Source of the DNA: Azolla caroliniana
Taxonomy: Eukaryota; Plantae; Polypodiophyta
Direction of reading: 5' to 3'
Assembly (NCBI GenBank): GCA_043228905.1
Contig: JBHGNT010000004.1
Coordinates: 9,920,001-9,984,000 of the forward strand
Length of the DNA: 64,000 nt
In this document: positions 24,239 through 35,494 of the stretch, in pieces
How the letters are laid out: every line of letters starts with the position of its first letter
How positions within the stretch are numbered: the stretch's first letter is position 1
Notes under the pieces: model-generated
What the model was told of the DNA's origin: nothing
What the model saw: only the letters and a program-made list of their open reading frames with translations
Database searches by the model: none
Translations under genes and position numbers: made by a program

Positions 24239-27200
24239 TGTTACTCCTTAGGGCCGGACAATAGCCTAACATAGGGTGTCTACATAAGACACTTCACCAA
24301 AAGGTGTTACGGTGAAACAGAGTTAGACCGACGATTAACCAGACCTTAATCGGTTACTTAAGCAAAATATCATTAATCTTAATACACGCGTAAGATAGAA
24401 AGTAACTAGCACAGAACGGTAATCAATACACAGAGATAAGACAATAGAGCTTTATTAATTATCTGTCCCCATTTACAATGTAACCGGGCCTTTTTATAGA
24501 TCACCGGCTCTGCCTACAAAACGGTACCAACCGACACACTAATATGAACCGGTCTGGATCCGGATCGGCATACCGATTCCAGTCCGTCCGTTCACTTCTC
24601 TAAAATCTACTTAATTACTTAATATCCTAATAACAGCTTCCGATTATTCCTGCCCTTTCATATTCCGGACTGTCCTCCACTCCTTGCCGACTGGCTAACA
24701 CATGGCACCCGCGTGGGACAGTACCTTGTACGTTGAATCCCACTATCCGGCCTTCAATCCTCGTCTAAAATGTCCAGAATGCTCTGATCGAGGGGCTCTA
24801 AGGGTTCTTTAGGAGGCTGATTGGATTGCTGCTGCTCCTCCTGCTGTTGCTGCTCCTGTGGTTGCTCCGTTGGTTGTGATCGTTGCTCTGGCTGTTGCTC
24901 CGTTGGTTGTTGTGATTCTTGCTGCTGCGCGGTCTCCGACTCTTCTGGGCGTTGCTCCTCCGATGGCTGTTGCGCCGCTCTCGGTGCCGGTGGTTGTTGC
25001 GGCTCTTCCTCCCTTGGTTGCTCCTCCCGAGTTACATCCGGTTGGCTTGTCCCGGCGTTGGCTCTGTCCGTCCCTTGCTCCGACGATGGGTCTTCATCAC
25101 TAAGATTGATTGTTGCCGTGCTCTTCGTCGCCTCTTGCCGTAGCCTCTCCTTTTCGTAACTTTCAAACTGGATTTGGCTATCTAGCTGATCATCGTCCAG
25201 TTGTTCCACTAGTTGCCGGACCACCGTTATCTGTTCATCAACCAACGCTACGAAGTCCTCCGCCAATTCATCTTTCACGGCAGCAAATTTTTCCTTTTCC
25301 AGCTTATACAACTCATCGTCTTCTTTCTGCCGGTTTTCCGCATCCACCCTCAACAACTGTAGCTCGACAGCATGCTTCGCCCATTTTGACCACCATAATA
25401 CTGAGTTGTCTTCAATCAAACTCTTCGTTCAATTCTTCCATGCATGTACAATGCACCAGATCCGCTCCAACCCCATCTTTGATTTGTCTTCAGCGGCCTG
25501 CCGGTCATCTTTCAACTGTTTGATCAGGTTCGCAGTAACCACCTCCTGGTCCTTGTAGCGCACCAGTTGATTCTGATACGTTGTCTGCACTCTTTGTAAG
25601 ACCATGGTGGTGCGTTCCGTTTCCGCCTGATGTTGCATCTGGATTTCCATGCGTTCCTGCGCCGCTTTAGCTCGTATGGTTTCCTTCTCAGCCCGTTCTT
25701 CCGCTAGTGCCGTCTCCGCTCGTTGCACTTCATTCTAGAGCTCGAATATCTTCTCCTGTTGCTGGTCGCTGTTGGTGATGAGCTTCTTGTATTCTGACTC
25801 GACATTTTTATACTCCTGGTGCAGGTGGTCAAAATCTTCTGTTTTCTGCTTCAGCTTCTGATTGATTTGGCGGCGAGCTCGGTCTTCCCTATCCTTTTGC
25901 TGCCGAAGCTCTTCTTGGAGTCTCTCTATCTCCGTTTCCACCATCCTTCGGAGTTTATCCTTCTCTTGCAGCACTTTTTCTTTCTCTTCCTTAAGCCGGT
26001 CATAGGCTTGGTGTCCCTTCCGTAGAGTTTCTTTTGCTCGTCGGAGATTGTCAGCAGTCTTCCATTGTTCCTCCTCCGCCGCCATTTTTAATTCTCTTTC
26101 CTTGGCCCGTAATGCTTCTTGTGCGGCCAGGTATTCTTTGAGAACGGCAAGCTCTTGTGCTTGCGCTGTAATTACATCCGGGTTCGTTTCTGTCACCGGG
26201 GTTGTATTATTATGTATAGTTGTCGGTGTTTCATTATTCTGTACATGTACCGGAGCCACTGGTTCCTGTTCCTGGGGTCTTATGATGACATTCTTAGCCA
26301 ATTCTTCCTTGGCTATTTCCACTTCTTGTTCCAATCTCCGGATTCTTGACCAGGCCTTCTCTAGTTCTCCGATTGTGGCTAGCAACCGGTCCAGTTGTGC
26401 TTTCTCCTCTACCTCCATATAATGGACCACCCCGGCTATTTGCTCACCGATCCACTGCAACCATTGACTGCCATGACCTTGTTGCTCTGTCGGCGCGGAG
26501 GGTTGGCCGATTTCTGCGCTTGCCAGTGTCTGATCTTGTCTGGTTCGCAACTCTGGCTCTGGTTGGGTACCACTTGGCAGTACCGGCTCTGGTTGTGCCT
26601 AAGTCGGCCGTTCCAGCTCTGGTTGGTCCTGGTGTGCCGGTGATGTAGACAATTGAATCACCGACTCCTGAATCACGTGTCTTGTCATGCTCTGACCCGT
26701 TGGTGGGGCCTGCGGCGCAAGGACTTCTGTGACCGGTTCTTTTTGAACCGGTTCCGCTTCCACCCTTGGCTCTGGGCCCTCACTACGGGGTATCGGCGTC
26801 CTATCCTTTTCTGGACCCGATTGCTTCTCAGCATGGTCTGTAGTGCTCTTCTTCTGGCGCCGCTAGAGGTGCTCGATGGGCTCTTCCGCCGTTTCCTCCT
26901 CTTGAGTCCCAAGATTGATTTTCATGGCCAAGGGTTATGGCTCGTGTTGACCCGATCGACGAAATGTAATTTTTATTGGCCGTGCCGATGTTGCCTCTTG
27001 CGTCTCTGCCTGGTTAGGCCGCTCGTTTGCCGTTTTCTCAGTGTCGGCCTCCTTCCCCTTGGTTGCCTTAGCAGCCAATAGCTGCTGCAGTTTTGAAGCC
27101 GGTTTGGAGGTTCCTTCGCTCCGGGGTCGGGTTGTCGATGGTGAAGATGCCGCCTTCGGGTAGGCCCGCCAGGGCACGGATGGCCTCCTCTGTGATTACT

Positions 27201-29475
27201 TCTGTGTCGATGGCTTTGACAACCCTTTCCGCCTCTTTGTGTGGTGGCGCCTCCATGATCCTCAAAAATCCTTCCAAACCGTGTTGCTTTAACTACTTCT
27301 TGGCTGCCTCAGAGAGCATCATGCAATCCATTTCTCATTCTGAGTTGGTGGTTGTTGGTGAGGTAGGTGTGTTAGGGGGCTCTGGGTGCACGCGTCTGAT
27401 TATCTTCAATCGCATGTGTGCGTTTGCAATTCTTTGTTTGTGAAATGAGAAGGCCTCCATGCGGTGTAGGTTTTCTTTCTGCATGTTCATGCCTTCCTCG
27501 ATTCTTGCGCATGCGCACGTCGTGTACTATAATGGTAATGAAATGCCATGTGGCGGCGTTTTAATGCACTATAAATAGCCCAGTACTTGGCTTTTCAAAG
27601 TACCCGTTCACCCCTATTTTTCATTGCATGTGGCCGTTCACTCCTCGCCATCGCATAGTTTGGGTTTGATTCGATTTTATTTATTATTTATTTTATAAAT
27701 TCGATCTTGTTAATATGTATCCGGCCCAAACAGACCCTTCTCCAGATTGTGCTTGCCGATTGCATGACCGGTTATCGTCCCGTCGTGCTTACCGGTGTCC
27801 AGTACGGTGTCAGCCTTTGTCTGATCAAATGGGTTCCTTGGCATGGGTCCATAGTATGGTTTGAGTCAAAACCCATTGACCCATTTACCCATAACTTTGC
27901 TGGTGAGTGTCCCTAGCTGGTAAGAACCGTTGAACTCTCGTGTAATCCAATATGGTCTGGTCCACCGAAACCATAGCTTCCCCAACATCTTACCCATCCA
28001 GGCCTGGAATACAAGTACTGGCTTGTCGATCCTGAACCTTTTTTCGTTACCTTTCCGGTGTCGATCGACGAACGCTTTCCTTCTCCATTGCTCCTTCTCG
28101 TTCAGGCGTTCCCTAACTTGTAACCGCAAACTGGGAATCTGGAATTCGATTGGCATTAATGCTTCCAATCCGAATGCCAATCGGAAAGGCGTTGTCCGAA
28201 TACTTGTCTTATATGCTGTCTGGTAGGCCCAGAGTGCACTGTGCAGCTTTGTATCCCAATCCGTCCGGTTCTCATTGACGATTTTCCGGAGGATGTTTTG
28301 TAGTGTCTTATTTGTGGATTCGGCTAATCTGTTGGCTTGCAGATAATACGGAGTGCTTCGCTTGTGCACCACCGCATAGAATGTCGTCAAGCTCTCCACC
28401 ACTTGTCCTAGGAAATACCCACCTTGGTCGCTGATTAGCTCGAACGGACATCCATACCGGCACCAGATATATTCATATAAAAACTTTGTCGTGGATGCCG
28501 CGATGTTGTCACGTAGTGCTTTGGCCTCCACCCACTTCGGTTGCTGGTTCTCATTGTTGGTGGTTGAAATGGGTCGACGAAGTCCAGCCCCCATTTCTGA
28601 AATGGTTCCAATGGCAGCACCGACTGGTGACGCATTCTTGCCTGTTCTGTTGGTTGGCCCATCTGCTGACACAAATCGCATTCTTTAGCATACCAGACAA
28701 CGTCTTTTAATGTTGTTGGCCACCATAGGCCGCTCTGCCATATTTTCCTTGTCGTAGCGTCCCCAGCATAATGCCCTCTGGCAACTCCGCAGTGTGCTTC
28801 GCGCAGTATTTGGTCTTTTTCGTCGCTGCGCACTGCGCACAGCCATATGCCATCCGCGCCTTTATGGTACAGTATGTCTTGTAGTAGGCAGAAGTGTCGA
28901 CTTTTTACTGCTAATCTTTTCTGCTCGTCTCTGTTCATCTCCTCTGGAGGTAATCCAGTGCTCAGGAATTGGTGCATGTTAGTGAGCCACTTGTCCTCCT
29001 CGGCGATCGTACCATTTGTTGTTGTTTCGGCTGTGACCCTAAACAAGTCTACATCCGGAAATTCGTCTGCGACTCCGTCATCGGTTTCTCCAGAGTCTAA
29101 CCGGCTCAAATAATCCGCAACCACATGTTGTATGCCTAGCCGGTGAAATATCTCGAACTCAAATTCCTGTAATAATAGCGTCCACCGGGCCAGCTTACCC
29201 GTGAGTGATGCTTTCGAGACCAAGTAAAGTAGCGTCGAATGATCTACATGAAAGGAAAATTTCCACCTCAATAGATAGTGTCAGAACTTGGTGACGCTAT
29301 AGATCATGCCCAAGGCTTCTCTTTCCGTCATAGAGTAATTATGTTCCGCCCGAGATAGCTTCCGGTTGGCATAATACACGGGCCGGTACCACTTGGGTTC
29401 GGTAAGCTGCATTAATGCACTCCCTATTGCTATGTCCGATGCGTCTACGAATACGTGGAATTCTTTAGACCAATC
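24239..29475 (-). mobile_element. 3' half of element C (non-chromo Ty3/gypsy): RNase H, integrase, extra coiled-coil ORF, 3' LTR 24239-24700
   Basis: FHVFVDASDIAIG, EAHCG..GH...CDLCQ, KWGLDFVD, LISDQG; LTR is the 462-bp reverse complement of 52251-52712. Confidence 0.9.
24754..27420 (-). pseudogene. Element C extra ORF downstream of integrase (long coiled coil and Q/E/P-rich tail)
   Basis: Consecutive E/K/Q-rich ORF fragments at 25735, 25429 and 24754; W..W..HA.EL...RVD motif shared with elements A and B. Confidence 0.75.
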
Positions 29476-30337
29476 GAAGTATGGGGTGGTAACATCTCTA
29501 AATCTACTTGGAAAGAGTTTGAAAATGTTCAAAAACATTTTCTTACAAAGTTTCTACAAGTTAAGAAACAAATGCCATACGCCCTCCTCCTCCTTGAGGC
29601 GGAATCACTTTCCATTGAGATCATGGACATGGACATGGTTATTGAATACATGCTTAAGGTTTAAAAAGTCCCTCACATCGACTTCCTAACATTTCATGGA
29701 AAGAAAGCAAAAAGAGTGAAAAGACACATAAAAGCAAAATTTTGTGTTTTGGTTGAATGTAATATGGAAAAATGGTTTGGTAGATGGGATGCAACACACT
29801 TGCTTCATGATGCATCACTATATTCCTCTTTAAATGAGGCCCTTATGGAATACCAATGTATCATGACATGGGACAAATGTGGAGGGTCACACTTCACACA
29901 TCATATTAGACATGTTGCGCCTAATTACAATACCATATTCTTTGCAAAACAAGGAAACCATACTCATCGATACATGTTAGACCCCATCATGTTGTCTGCA
30001 ATTCAAACCATTGCTTCCATATGACTTAGCTAACATGCATTGCGATGTGAGGTGGGGCATTGGGGCGCAAGTGATGAGAGTGGTTGACTATGCACACTTT
30101 GCTCTAAACAAGTTTGAGATTTTGAGTATCATACTTTGATACAATGCTCTGTCTTTGATCATATTCGACCATGCTTTCCACACATCTTTGACCAAACCCA
30201 ATACTTGCATGAATTTCTTTCACAACCACAATGTGCACTCTCGATTGCAACGTTCATTGGCAAAGTTCTTGAACATCGAGAATCGCTACTCACTTTCACA
30301 TGTATCACGTGAAATGTAATATTTTTGGTCTTATAGG
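29476..30337 (+). mobile_element. RTE/RTEX-like LINE 3' portion; its tail is inferred at 23481-23529 on the minus strand
   Basis: EVWGG...STWKEFENVQKHFL, HALRCE...CTLC...EYHTLIQC; (ATCT)n tail found beyond the opposite element A LTR. Confidence 0.75.
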
Positions 30338-30824
30338 TGTTGTCCGCCCTAGTGAGAAACGAGGCGAAGATTAAAGGCGGACTAGTGGATAAGCATATTT
30401 TGTAATGATGGAAGCGTTAGAAAGCATAAGCGCATGTAACGGTTCACGCACTAAGCATAACCATCTATGCCCTGCATATATAAAGGGCATAAGAACATTG
30501 TAAACAACTAGCGTAGCGTCTAATATATCGTGTTGTCTTTTATGAACTCTATGTCAAGTATTATCTAAACTCTATGTTGATTCGGAAGCGTATCTGTTCT
30601 TAGGGTAGGCGGTATATCTGTGTAAACCACGACATATGGTAAGAAGGCGCTCGGTTGTAGCCATCTCCTGTTAACGCCTTACCCTCGTGGTCACTCAGTA
30701 ACACACTACCCATTCCCGTGGGTTAAGGGTAGACGTACTACGCTATCCATTCTCTATACCACGATCTTCTTGAGCCGTACCTGAAGGATGGAGGGTAGGC
30801 CTTGTTCCTAATCGGTAACACTTT

Positions 30825-30838
30825 TGGCACGCCTGGTG
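30825..30838 (+). promoter_or_regulatory. Primer-binding site of element A (tRNA-Arg type)
   Basis: TGGCACGCCTGGTG 4 nt after the LTR CA and upstream of gag; Arg assignment recalled from Tat-type PBS sequences. Confidence 0.75.
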
Positions 30839-33800
30839 ATCTGTGATTCTCATAGTCGAGCATTAGGGAATGGATGTCTCATCGCCAACGCAACCGAGAA
30901 CCAACTTGACAAGATCAACCACACACCTGCTCCTTCACCCAAAAAGCGGAAGAACGCGCTACGCGAAAACCACGCCTCAACGATTGCATTCCTTCTCTCT
31001 CGGAGTAGATGCTAGAATCGACGCTCACCGAACAGAGCGGCACTAGTCAAGTGTTCCTATCTCCACTAGACCAGTATAGTGGAACTACCACTTCTCTGAA
31101 AACCTCTCATCGTGTCCGCAGTACGCTCCCAAGCAATAGCCTATCGACCGGAATGGCTTTCTCATACCCTTGCTTCAGCGGAGGTACTGACGCCGAGAGC
31201 CAGGCTCGATCGTTCCTCAATGTTTGGAATGCGAACCATATGTCGCATCGACTTCCGAAAACGGAAGCCCACGCATCAAAAATTGAAGAGTTTGGGTTAA
31301 CCCTAGATGGGCGAGCTACCCGCTGGCATTCCTAGTTTGACATCACGACGTTCGTCACCTTCCACTAGCTCCAATCATCATTTTTACGTTCTTTCATCGA
31401 AGGATTCCACAATGCGAGATCATCGGCCAGTTTTATACGGTCAAACAATTGCCGCAAGAGTCCGTGGCTGACTTCGGCTTGCGGTTCTAGAGTTTACGAC
31501 AACAACTAGCATGCGCTCCAATGGAGGACGAGTCAAAAGAAACATTTTTGGCAGCAGTACGTCGACCCCTCCGGACAACGTTAAATATGCAGAATCTCAT
31601 GGGCCAAACGGTAGATGTGGTCATAAAACGGGTGTTGCAGCTTGAATTAGAAGAGGAGGACGATCAGATGTCTATGGCATTACTCCGTCAAGCACTACCT
31701 AGGGACGAGGAATATCGTTTCCGCCAAGCCATTCAATGCACGATGTGCTTGAACTCAGGGGACTCCGCGGTGGATTGTAATATGTAGATCCATTGCCCCA
31801 TTTGTCATTCACGGGCACACACGGTGGATTGGTGCGAATATACCATGTTGAATAGGCCCACACCGTCACTATGCGCGGATCGTGAGGTGGAACCGCCGGG
31901 GTTCTGGACCGGAAGGATTCGAAGCTTGCACAAGCTTTAGCGAGAAAGGAATTAAGATAGATTGAAAGAGAGAGAGATTGAGATAAGATATAACGATTGC
32001 CTTTAGACTGAGAGATATTAAGATTGAACTCTTGACTTTAGATTTCAAGAACAAGATTGATACATCAATTGGATAACGAGTTTCTTACTTTTATTTTCTT
32101 CTTAATATTAATTTTGATATAAAGTACAAAGCCCCCTTCAAAAGAAATCCCCTTTTTGCTTGATTCCTCCACTCTTTTATAGATGCCCCCATGCATATGG
32201 TGCATGTGAGGGTGGAAGACATGCACAGAATGCATGAAATGCTTGCAATGCATGCTTGCCATGTCATCATCTAAGCTCTCACACATGAGAATTTACATGT
32301 AAAGCTATAATGATAAAAATATAATCCCTAAAGAAATGGTTTGGCTTAATGGTAAGCCTATTGCTTCCTACCTTGGAGGTATTAAGTTCGAGTCTTCCTT
32401 ACATCTTTTTCTTTTATGCACAAAATACTATTAGGCTTTTGGACCAAATATCTTTAAAACACCATGCGACCCGACCGATTTGCATTTGTTCGGTTTGGCC
32501 TTGTTCCGTCCGCATCCTGAGGTCGCCGAATGCCGAATGCCGGTCGCCGATAGCTGGTTCCGTCGCCGATTGCCGCCGGTTTTGGTTGGCCAAAACCTTG
32601 CCGGATGTCGGGTCACCAATCACCGGTTCCATCGTCGATCGCCAGTTGCCATATTCGTCCGGTCGCCGGTTGCGGGATCCGTCCAGTCACGGATTGCCAG
32701 TTCCACGTCCGGTCACCGGTTGCCGAACCCGTCCGATCACTAGTTGTCGTATGCATCTAGTTTCCGGTCCTATCGTCGGTGGGTTTGAGTTTCTTCCCCG
32801 GCCAGTTCGCGCATTTAGCCACGTCCGACGACTTAGCCACATATGTCCATCTAGACAGAAGTGGCTCAAGTCCAACTATTTCTTATGTGCTCTTAACACA
32901 TAGATGAAATATGATGGATCTCAATCTACTTATATAGCTGAAGCCTAAATGTTTCCTATCTATGTGGGATATTTCACAATTTTATTTTTCTCTTTTTCTT
33001 TTGCAAAACTTTATACCCACATAACTTGACACTTAGATGTCTGTTTCTTATGTAGTAAAATGCATTCGGAAGCTCTTGAAGACATCTATCTTCCCATACA
33101 AGGATATTAAGCTAATCTAAAATAGTATCTTCTCTATTATTGTTTCATGTCTCGTGTGAAGAACCACACTTGATTTTGTACGTTACATGCAATTTTCACA
33201 CCGTTGCCAAAAATCTTCACGACATTCACCCCCACCAAACCGCACATCCTCCGGTACGTGCCAAGAAGAGAGAGTGTGAGATTTCGGCTATGGTGATCAA
33301 TCAGATTCTTCCATGTCCTCATTCACATCCGTCCTATTATCTTCATTGTCGAGGTGATCGAGGTCAGGATCCTTGTCTTGTCTTTTCTTGAAAATCTTTA
33401 CTCTTTTCCTTGCAATGGATACGGCCAACCTTGATCCCTCTAGCTCCGCAAGGTGGTATGTGGCATTATCGTTGGCACTTGTCACCACATACGGTCTAAA
33501 CCATCTTCTTGCGAACTTTCTTGTTGTACTGTGTTGATTGTCAAGGCTGTTGTCGTAGACCAATACCCAATCTCCTTCTTCGATCTTCTTGGGACACAAT
33601 CGATGCGTCTTGTCGAACCGATTTTTGTTCTTCACTCGGGCTGCCTCCATCATCTTTCGCACTTTTTCTAGATCTTCGGGTCTTCTTTCAAGTTGGCTTA
33701 TCCATGCCGCTAATAACTCTTCTCGGCTCATCTCGTTCTCCCATGGTATCGCTACCCATGAGGCGATCGTCTTTTCGATGGGCATTACCGGCTTTTGTTC

Positions 33801-35494
33801 ATACATAAGCTCCGTTGGCATATACCTTGTCACCGAGCTGTGTGTCGTTCTATCAACCCACAAGGCATAGGGCAATAGTCGTGGTCAATTCCCAACTCGA
33901 CCGTTGTATGCTCATACGATGGCTTTGACGATAGGTCCATGCCCTCGCTCGATCTTCCCATTCGCTTCTGGATTGTAGGCATTCATGAGGGAGAGCTTCA
34001 TGCCTAGTCTCGTTTGAAAAGCTCTGTTGCTTCGTGTGCATCCAACTCCCCTCGGTCGGCGACTAACTTTCCCACACATCCGTATCGGCAGACAACCTCT
34101 TCAAGTAGAAATTTTCAAATAGCCAACGTCGTCTTATTTGTCAAGGCTCGTCCTTCCACTTGATTTGTCAAGTCTTCTCTTGCTAGCACTAAGTACTTCA
34201 TTTGTCCCACTCCTATTGGCATCGAGACCAAATCAACCATCCATTTGAAGTGTATGGTGAGCGGGTATGTCGGGAATGTACTTGGCAAGTTTCGCATGTG
34301 GACACGAAATGGAGTACATCTTTGTACATGCTTGGCCACTAGTAATTTTCCTTCAACTTTTCGAACGTCACCCATGTTCCTCTATGACCTGCCCAAGCAC
34401 TCTTGTGGAATTCGGTCATCAGCGCCACTTACTCTTCTTTCTTCACCACCACTTGGCGTGGTATTCCCGTCCTTCTTTTTGGGTGTCGCCAAAGGAAGCC
34501 TCCCTTCAAGAAGTATAGATAAGCTTTCTTCCGGATTCGTAGAGCCTCCTCCTTTGTCAACGAAGCATCCGTTGTCATTGTTCTTAAGAATCTGCCGATT
34601 AATAACCACTCTCCTTCGTACTCGTCCTCGTTGAAGACGTGGAGGGTTAGCGTGTCCTTGTCTTCCGCCGATAATCGAGCCATCTTGAAGAAGTTGAGGG
34701 TGACGTCTTCATCTTTCGAAACCATGTCACTTTCACTTTCAAATCTTGCCCTTGATAGCATATCAGCCATGGCGTTCTTCTTCCCTACAATGTGATGGAT
34801 CTCTGGGTTTAAAGACTTGATATAGGCGATCCACCTTAGCATGGCTAGATCTGGGGTCGCACATCCCGAGATCATTCCGAGGATTGGGAGACAATCTATC
34901 TCTATTATCACTTCCGTCTCGATCAGGCAATCTTTGTCCGTCTTCACTGCCGACACAATACCTTTGCTGAGAACCTTTGCTCCGAACTGGATGGCATACA
35001 GCGCATTATCTTCTCCTTCTTGGTTGATTGTTACCGATTAGGAACACGGTCTATGGTCAGTCCTTCGACCTAGACCTCCAAGTGACTGTGAAACAACAAA
35101 TGGTGGCGTCTGTGCGTAATACATAGGGGAATGTTCCCCGTAACCTAGCCGCGTATAATGGAGACAGCTACAACCGAACTCCTTAACAATGGCTACACAC
35201 TCACGTTGCCTACTTCTACACTCTCAGGTATTACAGGCACACACTAGATTAGTCGTAGCTATACACAGGTATCAGAGAAGATAGAATTCTATTACGATAC
35301 GCTTCTATCAAAGGTTTTCTGCCCTTTATATACGTAGGGTCTTTTAGCCGTTCACGCTTCCTGCGTGAACCGTTACATGCGTTACAATCTTATATTATTT
35401 CCTATTCCTATGCTCTTGTTTGTCAGTTACTATTCCGGCGGACATCACCTGGCACGCTTGTGGGACAGTGCCATGGCACGTCGGACCCATCCCG

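Noticed and set aside
24821-25159. Cys-rich metallothionein/keratin-like ORF
   Set aside because: It is the antisense reading of CAG/CAA-rich codons in element C's extra ORF
23530-30820. Single element with long terminal inverted repeats (DIRS-like or DNA transposon)
   Set aside because: The repeats are ordinary LTRs with PBS and TSD evidence, and their orientation is explained by the inversion; no tyrosine recombinase or transposase is seen
32065-32286. Identical 73-aa ORFs at 32065 and 49421
   Set aside because: They arise from the LTR duplication and overlap the TATA region; no coding evidence
32341-32400. Functional tRNA genes in the LTRs
   Set aside because: No 7-bp acceptor stem or canonical anticodon loop; reported only as tRNA-like cassettes
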